Source: the human T2T-CHM13v2.0 reference genome, Homo sapiens. From it: a DNA stretch of 64,000 bases. Positions 1 through 15,290 of the stretch are shown here, in pieces (within the stretch, counting starts at the first letter, position 1; each line of letters opens with the position of its first letter). The DNA lies in assembly GCF_009914755.1 (NCBI RefSeq), contig NC_060933.1; one strand, given 5' to 3'. Made by a program: the position numbers and the translations under genes. The notes under the pieces are model-generated. The model was given only the letters and a program-made list of their open reading frames with translations, did no database searches and was not told where the DNA came from.

Positions 1-287
1 GTTGTTTTGACAGTGTCTCACTCTGTTGCTCAACCTAGAGTGCAGTGGTGTGATCTCGGCTCACTGCAACTTGCAACTCCCAGGTCCCAGTGATTCTTGT
101 GCCTCAGCCTCCTGAGTAGCTGGGATTACAGCCATGCACCACCATGCCCAGGCTAATTTTTGTCTTTTTAGTAGAGACGGGATTTCACTATGTTGGTCAG
201 GCTGGTCTTGAACTCCTGACCTCAAGTTATCCAACTGCCTCAGCCTCCCAAAGTGCTGAGATTACAAGCATGAGCCTCCATGTCTGT
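1..287 (-). mobile_element. Alu (S/J-type), tail truncated by window edge
   Basis: Reverse-complement Alu motifs: gtctcactctgttg...tgcagtggtgtgatctcggctcactgcaac, ttagtagagacggg, ctcccaaagtgctgagattaca. Confidence 0.95.
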
Positions 288-361
288 TCTGTTTACATAT
301 AAATGTTAGTAATGGTCTCATTCATTTCTTTGTATTTCTGTAGTATCAGTGGTAATGTTTC

Positions 362-720
362 TTTTTTTTTAAATGTATACATTTAAGGGATAAACACTCA
401 ATTTTGTTACATGCATATATTGCATGGTTGTAAAGTCTTTGCTTCTAGTGTATCCATCACCTGCATAATGTACATTGTACCTATTAATTAATTTATCATT
501 GCCTTAACCCCTTCTGCCCCCTCAGCCTTCTAAATCTCCAATGTTTATTCTTCCATACCCTACGTCCATATGTATACACATGATTTAGCTCTGACTTATA
601 GGTGAGAATATGTGGTAGTTGACTTTCTGTTCCTAACATAATGGCTTTTTATTCATAACATAATGGCTTCCAGTCCCATCCATGTTGCTGCAAAGTACTT
701 TATTTATTATTTTTTATTTT
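362..720 (-). mobile_element. Old L1 (L1MA-like) 3' end fragment
   Basis: T-run followed by antisense L1 3'UTR-type sequence (gttacatgcatatattgcat...ataggtgagaatatgtgg...ccatccatgttgctgcaaa). Confidence 0.7.
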
Positions 721-1014
721 AAAAAAATACTGAGTACTATTCCCTTTTAGTGTGATTATGCTATTCATTTAAGACTCAGTAGGAGACATTTTTTTCTGTT
801 TGCATTCTATTTTATCTATCTTTCTTCCCCATTCTTGTTAATATTTTCTTGGTGATGTGAAAAATTAATCTGGTACCAAAGGTAAAGCTATGCAGAAAGC
901 TATACATAGATAAGTATTACTACACCCACATCCTTTTTACCTAACTCCCACTCAATGCCATTGGTAACCAATCACACTAGTCTCTGAGTTCTCCTTTCTT
1001 TGATTCTTTGTACA

Positions 1015-1289
1015 CAGTTCTAAACTGTGAATGCACATCAGAATTTGCTGGTGTGTGTGCATGCTCACTTGTACATGCATGAACATATCTTCTAACCCAG
1101 AAGCTTTCTATTTTTTTGTTTTCAGAAGATCCCCAGATAGCATCTATCCAAACTAAAATGAGAACACAGTCTGACGGACATGAGGGGATTTATATGACTA
1201 AAATAATAAAATATTTAAAACAGTTTTCTGTGGTTGGGAGAACAGAGCCCCAGGTGATTCTAATACACAGTCAATAGAGAAAACCACTG
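1015..1289. mobile_element. Possible split MER5A-like hAT MITE ends
   Basis: cagttctaaactgtgaatgcacatcagaat at ~1015-1045 and ccccaggtgattctaatacacagtcaatagagaaaaccactg at ~1247-1288 resemble the two ends of MER5A. The intervening sequence does not. Confidence 0.4.
1126..1225 (+). other. Candidate terminal exon (3' splice site + AATAAA + GU-rich element)
   Basis: Branch-like CTAAC 1092-1096, tract tttctatttttttgttttcAG ending 1125, AATAAA 1205-1210, GU-rich gttttctgtggttggg 1223-1238. Confidence 0.35.
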
Positions 1290-2445
1290 TTTTGGGTGAT
1301 ACAGAATGAGGTTATGTATCTGGAATTGCATCAGTCACTGTTGTTATCATAGGAGGAACCACCTGACAAAGAAGCCAACAGATGAAGAAGGAAAATACTG
1401 ATCCACTGAATTCACTCTACACTCAAAGCCACACCCATGTCTGGATTCTTCTTTATATAAGTTGGGGAATTTCCCCCCATAAGTCAACTAGTTTTTATGC
1501 ATACTTAAGAGTTTTATTTTCTTGTTTCAACATATTTTTCTGCCCAGAATGTTCTATGTTCTCCTTCCCTTCATTTATTTTGGATATAGTTTGTGTTAAA
1601 TAATCCCTTCAATTTAGATGCCCCCTTTTCCAAAAACCTTTCTATGCTATCCTCACCACATTCTTCATTACCTGTTTGGGTTGTGTGCATTTCTTATATG
1701 CTCTCTAGCAACTTGTGCACATGGTTATTATTACACAAGGCAATATTGCTTTGTCACTGTATTTTCCTTGCACTATGAGGTTCTTTCATATTTAGATTGC
1801 TTCTTATCCATCCTGTATAATATAGGAAAGAGGGACAAGCTGCCTTAATTTGACTTTAAGAATAAATTGACTTAAGAATTGGTCATAATTTCTTTTTGGA
1901 ATAATTACTGTCTTTGAGAGGAAAAAATAGCATTGCAATGAGTATGTCTAAATGCGTGATGCTTAAGAAGGAGACATAAATGATAGGGAATAGTTATGGG
2001 TATCATTTATCAGAGTTATAGAAGTGTGAAAAGTGCCATAGAAACATGCCAGCAGATGTGGCCTGGGTAAGTGTTAGCCAGTCATATATTTCCTGTGGTA
2101 GGCTAGAAAAGAAAATATTTATATTTTAGTCATATATTAATTATGTTTTGATATATCTATTCCCATCCCAGTACTGCTACCCAAACCTTTTAGGAAAAAA
2201 AGTCTGCTATACACAGTAACCCTAAGGTACTGCTGCTATGGAAAAATAAAGTAAGTTGGGTCACCTACAGCAAATACAAATTAGGGCAGAAAAAATGGTA
2301 GGAGATATGACCACAAAAGAAACAGTGATGAGAGAGGTAAATTTGACGAAATCAGAGGAAATTTGAATTAGCTCAGGAGAAAGACAAACTCACCTTCCCC
2401 AAACTCAAGAGTGGTTGAGAACTGTGGACACCTAAAAAAGTATAT

Positions 2446-2877
2446 TTAGAGGAACAGCTCCAGTCTACAGCTCCCAACATAAGCGATGAAGAAGATGGGT
2501 GATATCTGCATTTCCAACTGAGGTACTGGGTTCATCTCACTGAGGCTCATTAGACGGTGGGTGCAGGACAGTGGGTGCAGCTCATGGACCATGAGCCAAA
2601 GCAGGGCGAGGCATTGCCTCACCCAGGAAGTGCAAGGGGTCAGGGAATTCCCTTTCCTAGCCAAGGGAAGCTGTGACAGATGGCACCTGGAAAATTGGGT
2701 CACTCCCACCCTAATACTGCACTTTTCCAATAGTCTTAGCAAACGGCACACCAGGAGATTATATCCCGCACATGGCTTGGAGGGTCCTATGCCCACAGAG
2801 TCTTGCTCACTGCTAGCACAGTAGTCTGAGATTGAACTGCAAGGCGGCAGCAAGGCCAGGGAATGGGCGCCTGCCAT
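2446..2877 (-). CDS. L1 antisense ORF0 homologue, open and extended to 143 aa (expression unknown)
   Basis: ATG 2877-2875 in GCAATGG context. MAGAHSLALLPPCSSISDYCAS...IRVGVTQFSRC aligns with L1HS ORF0 as I recall it (MAGAPPPASLPPCSLISDCCAS...IRVGVTRFSRC). The stop lies in the 5' TSD. Confidence 0.45.
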   Translation of the reverse strand: MAGAHSLALLPPCSSISDYCASSEQDSVGIGPSKPCAGYNLLVCRLLRLLEKCSIRVGVTQFSRCHLSQLPLARKGNSLTPCTSWVRQCLALLWLMVHELHPLSCTHRLMSLSEMNPVPQLEMQISPIFFIAYVGSCRLELFL

Positions 2878-3452
2878 TGCTGAGGCTTGAGTAGGTAAAC
2901 AAAGCTGCCTGGAAGTTCGAACTGGGTGGAGCCCAACACAGCTCAAGGAGGCCTGCCTGCCTCTGTAGACTCCACCTCTCGGGGCAGGGCATAGCTGAAC
3001 AAAAGGCAGCAGAAACTTCTGCAGACTTAAACGTCCCTGTCTGGCAGCTTTGAAGAGAGTAGTGGTTCTCCCAGCACAGAGTTTGAGATCTGAGAACGGA
3101 CAGACTGCCTCCTCAAGTGGGTCTCTGACCCCCGAGTGGCCTAACTGGGAGGCACCTCCCAGTAGGGGCCAACTGATACCTCATAGGGCTGGGTGCCCCT
3201 CTGAGATGAAGCTTCCAGAGGAATGATCAGACAGCAACATTTGCCAATCTGCAATATTTGCGGTTCTGCAGCCTCTGCAGGTAATGCCCAGGCAAACAGG
3301 GTCTGGAGTGGACCTCCAGCAAAATCCAACAGACCTGCAGCTGAGGGTACTGACTGTTAGAAGGAAAATTAACAAACAGAAAGGACATCCACACCAAAAC
3401 CCCATCTGTAGGTCACCAACATCAAAGACCAAAGGTAGATAAAACCACAAAG

Positions 3453-4494
3453 ATGGGAAGAAAGCAGAGCAGAAAAGCTGAAAATTCCAAAACTCAGAGT
3501 GCCTCTTCTACTCCAAAGGAACGCAGCTCCTTGCCAGCAATGGAACAAAGCTGGACAGAGAATGACTTTGATGAGTTGATAGAAGAAGTCTTCAGAAGAT
3601 CGGTAATAACAAACTTCTACGAACTAAAGGAGGATGTTCGAACCCATTGCAAAGAAGCTAAAAACATTGAAAAAAGATTGGACGAATGGCTAACTAGAAT
3701 AAACAGTGTAGAGAATAAACAGTGTAGAGAAGACCTTAAATGACCTGATGGAGCTGAAAACCATCACACGAGAACTACGTGACACATGCACAAGCTTCAG
3801 TAGCTGGTTCGATCAACTGGAAGAAAGGGTATCAGTGATTGAAGATCAAATGAATGAAATGAAGTGAGAAGAGAAGTTTAGAGGAAAAAGAGTAAAAAGA
3901 AATGGAGAAAGCCTCCAAGAAATATGGGACTTTGTGAAAAGACCAAATCTACGTCTGATTGGTGTACCTCAGAGTGACGGGGAGAATGGAACCAAGTTGG
4001 AAAACACTCTTCAGGATATTATCCAGGAGAACTTCCCCAACCTAGCAAGGCAGGCCAACATTCAAATTCAGGAAATACAGAGAACACCGCAAAGATACTC
4101 CTCAAGAAGAGCAACCCCAAGACACATAATTGTCAGATTCACCAAGGTTGAAATGAAGGAAAAAATATTAAGGGCAGCCAGAGAGAAAGGTCAGGCTACC
4201 CACAAAGGGAAGCCCATCAGACTAACAGCAGATATCTCAGCAGAAACTCTACAAGCCAGAAGAGAGTGGGCCCCAATATTCAACATTCTTAAAGGAAAGA
4301 ATTTTCAACCCAGAATTTCATATCCAGACAAACTAAGCTTCATAAGTGAAGAAGAAATAAAATCCTTTACAGACAAGCAAATGCTGAGAGATTTTGTCAC
4401 CACCAGGCCTGCCTTACAAGAGCTCCTGAAGGAAGCGCTAAATGTGGAAAGGAACAATTGGTACCAGCCACTGTAAAAACATGCCAAATTGTAA
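3453..4494 (+). pseudogene. L1 ORF1p (disrupted)
   Basis: MGRKQSRKAENSK... then KRPNLRLIGVP...ARREW... Frameshifted by a 16-bp duplication at 3696-3727, with a premature TAA at 4474-4476. Confidence 0.95.
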
Positions 4495-4557
4495 AGGCCA
4501 TCAATGCTAGGAAGAAATTGCCTCAACTAACGTGCAAAATAAGCAGCTATCATTATA

Positions 4558-8375
<3,818 letters not shown>

Positions 8376-8614
8376 ACAATGAGAACACTTGGACACAGGG
8401 TGGGGAACACCACACACTGGGGCCTGTGGGGGGCAGTGGGGAGGGATAGCATTAGGAGATATACCTAATGTAAATGACGAGCTAATGGGTGCAGCACACC
8501 AACATGGCACATGTATACATATGCAACAAACCTGCACATTGTGCACATGTACCCTAGAACTTAAAGTAAATAATAAAAAATAAGAAAAAAAAAAGTAGAT
8601 TTAGTGCCTTATTT

Positions 8615-9020
8615 TTAAAATCATCTGTATCGAGTTGTAATTTACACGTAGTAAATTGCACCCATTTTAAGTATACAGTGTGATGATTCTTAATAAGTTG
8701 GTGCACCTGTGTAAGCACCACCAAAATCATGGTATGAAATATTTTTCTCACCTCAGAAGTTTCCTTTGTGCCTTTGCTTGTTAGTCACTCCACCCAACCC
8801 ACCTCCCTATGGTACTGATCAACCACGAGTTCACTTTGTGTCACTGTAGAGTAGATGTGTCATTTTTGTTTAAATTTCTAAGCACTTGCCAAACAGTTTT
8901 CCAAGGAGATTGTGCCACTTGACATTTTCACCTACATATATGAGAACTCTAATTTTTCTAAAAATTCATCAACACTTGGTACTGCGTCTTTTTAATTTTA
9001 GCCATTCTTGTGGGTATATG
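8615..9020 (-). mobile_element. Old L1 (L1ME/MB-like) 3' end fragment
   Basis: taatttacac...aaattgcacccattttaagtatacagt...caccaccaaaatca, followed by gccaaacagttttccaa...ttttagccattcttgtggg. Confidence 0.7.
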
Positions 9021-9143
9021 TTTTAATTCTATTAAACATAGGTGTATGTATATGTGGATACCTTTTAATTCTAGTACCATATGCAAATTAAAGGGAGTAA
9101 CTCAGTTGATACAAAATTTGATCAAGTCTTCAAAGATATTCCC

Positions 9144-9424
9144 GGCCGGGTGCATTGGCTCATGCTTCTAATCCCAGCACTTTGGGAGGCCGAGGTGGGC
9201 GGATCACGAGGTCAGGCGATCGAGACCATCTTGGCTAACACAGAGAAACCCCGTCTCTATTAAAAATACAAAAATTTAGCCACGCGTGGTGGTGGGCACC
9301 TGTAGTCCCAGCTACCCTGGAGGCTGAGGCAGGAGAATGGCATGAACCCAAGAGGCAGAGCTTGCAGTGAGCTAAGACCGTGCACTCCAGCGTGGGCGAC
9401 AAAGTGAGACTCCGTCTCAAAAAA
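9144..9424 (+). mobile_element. AluY
   Basis: ggatcacgaggtcagg.gatcgagaccatc.tggctaacac, gagaatggc.tgaaccc and gagcttgcagt diagnostics; small right-arm deletion; degenerate TSD aaagatattccc / aaaaatactccc. Confidence 0.95.
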
Positions 9425-9436
9425 AAAAATACTCCC

Positions 9437-9885
9437 AACTGTCCTTCCCCTCTTTATATGTACCCGCCATCATTTCTATCAAGAGATGCAGTTTATGTCC
9501 CCTCCTCTTTAATCTGGTCTGGCATCACGACTGGCTTTAACCAATAAAATGTAACAGAAGTGATGTTCTGGGACTTTTGAAGACAAGACTTCATAAGACT
9601 GACAATTTCCACTTCCTAACTCTAGAAATTCATGTGTTACGCTGTTAGAAACCCAACACACATGGAGGCCGTATCATGAAGAACTGAGACACCCTGGTTG
9701 ACTGCCCTGGCTGAGCTCTGAATAGGTCATCAGCCAGCACCATGTGAGGGAATCATCTTAGACATCCCAGCCCTGACAATGCTCCAGATGACTAGACTCT
9801 GTTGACAGAAGAACCAACTGAATCATTGAGAGATAATAAAGTGGTTGTTTTAAGCCACTGAGTTTTGGGACAGAAAACCAAACTA
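9437..9885 (+). mobile_element. MLT1 (G/H-like) MaLR solo LTR, probably interrupted by the AluY near its 5' end
   Basis: gactggctttaaccaataaaatgtaacagaagtgatgttctgggactt...ccatgtgagggaatcatcttagacatcccagccc...aataaagtggttgttttaagccactgagttttggg. Confidence 0.75.
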
Positions 9886-10026
9886 TTTGTATACAAAGTT
9901 CCTAGCTTAGGGCTCAATAAATATTTGTTGAATTAATACATGAATCATTTAATATATATATTTTTGTGTACTTAGCACTGTGCTAAATATTGCAGTACTG
10001 CTATTTGTCTTGAGAAAAATAAAAAG

Positions 10027-10157
10027 TGCCCAGCATGGTGATATGTCGCTTTAATCCTAGCTACCTGGGAGGCTGAGGCAGGAGGATTGCTTCAGTCCAG
10101 GAGTTCAAGACTGGCCTAGACAACATAGGAAGACCCCATTTCAAAACATAAAATATA
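10027..10157 (+). mobile_element. FLAM (free left Alu monomer)
   Basis: Single ~120-bp Alu monomer ending gaccccatttcaaaacataaaa. Confidence 0.85.
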
Positions 10158-11404
10158 AGGAGATTGCTTTCCCAATTTTCATACTATTATAGCATTTGTT
10201 TACAACATTTAGGAATTATTTGACTATAAATCAATGACCTTCATTTGACCTATATCAAGATCTCTTTTTCCCTATCAGGCCCCATTAGGAGCCTGAAGTA
10301 CTTTCCCTAGGTACCAGGTACAGTGTATCTCCCACAACTTATTCACTAATGTAGCCCTTGTAGTGCCTGGGAATCCAGCAATATCTGCTTCTTGAATAAC
10401 AGTGGAAACATGACCTATTTCAGTCATGTTGGCAGAGGTTTTGTCTTGCAACAGTTCATTCTTTGAGTAAATGAGGTGCAATCTTGAATAGCTGGAGGAT
10501 AGTAAATTGATAGTTGATGGAGCTCATTCCAGCAGCCCCCATCACCCACTACTCAGTGGCAGTTTACAGGCCACTGTGACAGATTAAGTCCAAAAAGAGC
10601 ACAGCAATTACAGCTGCCTTGATGCCCAGAGCACAGGATGCCCTTTTTACCTCTTTTGAGAATGAAAGAGACAGAATGAACTACCGTAGTGCACACTGCC
10701 CTGACTGTGTTTCTGTCCTTCCTATTCCCGCAACAAGGGCCATTGGAGGCTCATGAATGGTTTGAGCTGGATGAAACCTAGTGCAGTCCAAACTCATCAG
10801 TTAGTAGGTGAAGAAAAGAAGGCCCGGGAGGTTAAGTGACGCTCGGCTAATCATACAGGGAAATAGGAGAATAGCTAGGACACATGTGGGGTCACTAAGA
10901 TCTTAGTCACATGTCCCTTCTATTTCAACATACTGTCTCTCTGCTTTTCTGGTACTTAAGGCTTGTTTTCAATAGCTACTCATGCTTTGGAAGAGATCTG
11001 AAATTTCCTTCAGAGGATAGATCACAGGGATGGAGATATGTACCGGAACCATCTCTAAAACCTTATCACCTTCCCATCACTAGCAATGCCTTACCTATCT
11101 AACCTCATTCATTCAGCCAAGTTACATAGGTGACTGATATGTGGAAAACTCTATAGATGTTTCAGGGGACATAAAATTGTAGAACACTATTTTCTGGGTT
11201 TAATAAATTTGAATTAGGAGCAGAGTGATAAATATTCAATTATCTACAATAAAAATCAGTATGTGATAAATGTTCTATGCATGTGATAATTAAGTTTAAT
11301 TAAGCATTCCAATTACATAAGCACTAAATTATTTCCACAAAACAGTTGAAGTCATACAGCGTTTATAGATATCATACAAAGTGCACTTTGCCTCGAGCCC
11401 TGCC

Positions 11405-11563
11405 ACCTAAAGTATGTACCCTGAACAGGAGCTTCAGCACCACCGGGGGGAGGTTGTTAGAAACGCAAATTCTCAGGCTGCACCCCAGTCCCATTGAATC
11501 AGAATCTATACTTTAACAAGATCCTAGGAGGTTTGTATCCATATTAACTTTCAAGAAACCTGA
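11405..11563. mobile_element. MER5A/B-like hAT-Charlie MITE
   Basis: gttgttagaaacgcaaattctcaggctgcacccc...tgaatcagaatctatactttaacaagatcc. Confidence 0.75.
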
Positions 11564-11741
11564 AACAGAGGAACAAGTAGAGAAAAGAGGAATGGATTTT
11601 TGTCTGGTGTAGTTAAGGAAGACCCCACAGCAGAGGGCAGAAGATTGACGTGTTCATCAGGGCTCTTGGATCAGACAGCTGGATTCAGCTGGAGAAACTT
11701 GGGTACATTATTTACATATTTTTATTCATAAAATGGGCATA

Positions 11742-12093
11742 GGCTAGGCATGGTAACTTGTACTTGTAATCCTAGCATTTGGGGTGGCTGAAGCAGGAGA
11801 ATTGTTAAGGCCAGGAGTTTGAGACCAGCGTGGGCAACATAGTGAGACCCTGTCTCTACAAAAAAAATACAGAAACCAATCTGGGCATGGCAGTGCATAC
11901 CTATAGTCCTAGCTACTCAAGAAGCTGATGTGAGAGGACTCCTTGAGCCAGGAGATTCAAGACTGCAGTGAGCAGTCTTGCCTTAGCAAGGGTGCACCCC
12001 AGCCTGGTTGACAAAGTAAGACCTCACCACTATTAAAAAAAAAAAAAAGAAAGAAAGAAAGAATGAAAGAAAAGCAAAAATAAAGAAAAAGAA
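11742..12093 (+). mobile_element. AluJ with (GAAA)-type tail
   Basis: Diverged dimeric Alu with J diagnostics (gggcaacatagtgagaccctgtctctaca). Confidence 0.9.
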
Positions 12094-12443
<350 letters not shown>

Positions 12444-14745
12444 TCAGGGCCTACCTCCTAGGGTGCAAGAAAATACTTAATATGCAAAAGTACGGTAGGC
12501 ACCGGGAATTAAAATGTGGGCATGAAAAAAGGAAATTCCACAGCATTGTTGAAACTGATAAGATGGAGGGAATAGGGTTGTGTTTAATATTAACCAGATG
12601 GTTGCCTGAGTGGTAATGCTATTAGTAAAAGTAGGGAAGCTGAGGGAAAAGAAGTTCCGTGGAGTGGAAGTTGGTGGTGGTGACATCACTGCTGGTCTTA
12701 CCCTGTGAATTTGGGCTCTTGAGTATCGCTCCATCTTGTCAATCTTTTGACACCAGAGAATGTTCATGAATTAGTACAGTAGATGTAGGAATAGATTCTT
12801 CCTCTCAGTTTCATCCTTCTACTGTGCTCCCTGGGGACCCTTGAATATTTTCCTGAAATAGATACATAGCAGCCTTACACTCCACTGTAAAAAGGCTCCC
12901 TAAATGCAGCTCCATTTTTCATTCCACATATCATTTTGCTTTATGCACATAGTCATGTAATGTAAAGGGTAATTCAGGGTTGATAAATTAGCAGCCAGGA
13001 AAGAGGCCTATAAGGAGCTTCAGTAAGCCATTTAGTATTTGCTGAGTTCTGTAGAGCTTTGGTCTTTTCTCACACCCAGAGGTAGTAAATATCCCTCTCC
13101 GGGTGGTACTCGTGGAGAGTGCTTCTGCATTTTGATACTCTGAAGTGATTCCTGCAAACAACAGTTGTTTCACATTCTAGACTAGAACTTCAGAGTCATG
13201 TACAACTGGTGAGCTCTTCCCATTCGTAGGAAAACTAAAGCCCGGGGAGGAGTCATCACTTCTCAAGGTTTTTACTCATTAGGTTGTCTAAGGTGAGTTC
13301 TTTAAGCCAGATAATAGATTTCTTTTCTTACTTTTCTTTTTTTCTTCTCCCATCTCTCTTTTCCCACTCCTGTCTCTGTGTCTATCCTTTTATGATTTCA
13401 CTGCTGGTGAAAGGTTACTGATGTTAGGTAAATAGAACCATAAAATCAAATTAAGTCAGGATTAAATAGGGAGCATGCATTGAGAATATTTTTCTTTCTC
13501 TGTAATTGAGATGCAGTAGTCTGATTGTGTCCCTGTGTAATACCTCTGCAGGTTTAGGATCTGAGATCTCTGGTCAACCTTAAGCTCCATATGAATCTAG
13601 AATATGACATATCTGGGGAAAAGGGGACTAAATTAAAAGCATCTGATGCAAACATCATCTCAGATGAAGACTAAGCTGATGATGATGAAGCTTATATAAT
13701 CAGAGAGAGACTGGCTATTATGATTTTAAAGTTTCTTCTGACCCAAAGAGTTCACTTCTCTGGGAAAGTCATTTTACTCAATTTAGCAGCTCCAAGCTGT
13801 TAAAATTGAAGAGAAACGGAAGATAAGGTGAGCTTTTTTTAAACTCGAAAATTGCATATATGAGCTCTGAATTCAGCATCTTCATTCCTTCCGAATTGGC
13901 TCTCCCGTCAAGGCTTGCCATGGTAGAAATAAGTGGTTGTTTTTGAGGCCATGAGGGATTATTTACAAAGGAAATCCACTTGCCTCACATTCCCTATCCT
14001 AATGGACTCTTTATTGAGCTTATCATCTTGTTGATAACACAAAATCACTTTGCTACCAGGTTCCTCTTGTTCCAGGCCAACGTGTTCTGATCTTTATGGG
14101 AAAGCATCGTGATCTAGAGAGGATACCAGGCTAGATAGCAATGGCCTGGCTGTGTTTCTATCTCCACTAACAAATTGCTGACTATGAGCCACTTTCATGT
14201 ATCAAATATAATAATTCTTATCCCTGGCATATGTATAGATAGCTACAGTTTCAAATCACTTTCGTGTCTAGTTTTATTTTTAATAGATTCTCAGAATTAC
14301 CATTGAGAAGGGTAGGGTGATATAGATATTATTTTACCATTTTACTAAAAAAGAAACCCACAACATGGTAAGTTAAATGATTGCCTAATGTTATACTAGA
14401 ATAAGTGTTAAAAGGTCTTTGAATTCAAAGTTTTTTACTCTTAAAATATTATGTATATACACATATATATACACACACATACATATATTTAAAAGTAAAA
14501 TTATGCCTCATGCAAATATAAAATGAATACATTATATATTTTATTTAACACACTAATTAATAAGGGAACCAGTAAGATGTTACAACTGGTTTGAAGAAAA
14601 ACTCAAAGTTTTAGTTATTTATGGTCAAGTAAGGAATGCTGAAATGAAATTACAAGTGAATTTGTAAATTTCAAATATGTAATAACTGTTCAATATACAC
14701 AGGATCATAAGCATTTGCATTCCATGAGCATAATTTGCATTTCTA

Positions 14746-15290
14746 TGTGAGGGGTTTTTCTTCAACCCCCATAGGTTTATATTTGGACTAAACCCCTGTA
14801 ATAAAAGACACATTTACAAGAGAAAAACAAACAGATGTTTATTAATATGTATATTTCATATATACATGAGAAACACTCGGGATCAGTAGTTCTCAAAGAG
14901 GCTTGAAATCTAGCTAATGTAGCATCTTCAACAAAGAGCAATAAAGTTTCAGAGAAGTAACCGAAGGAAAAGGACTTTGAGTCTTTAAGGACTGCAACTT
15001 GGAAGAAGGCAAATAACTGGCAGAAAAATGTTAGTTAGTAGAGCTTCTTAATGTAGATTCCCTCTGGGACCATCTCCAGACCGATAAAGATGTAAAGCTG
15101 TCTTTGGCGATTAACCTTTTTCTCCTTGGTATAAGGTGGGGTGAGTGAGGGGGTTGCCCTTGTAAATCTATGCTCTGCTTTTAGGCAAATAGATGGAGTA
15201 CAGAGAGCTTTCCTATATCTGTGTCTTCTTAATTGTTTTCAGTTCAGCCATCTTTCACATCTTGGGATGGCATATTCTGTCCACCCCACC
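14746..15290 (-). mobile_element. ERV1-class solo LTR (MER34-like)
   Basis: aacccctgtaataaaagaca...ttttaggcaaatag...cagagagctttcctatatctg...gggatggcatattctg resembles the antisense of the MER34 family. Confidence 0.65.
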
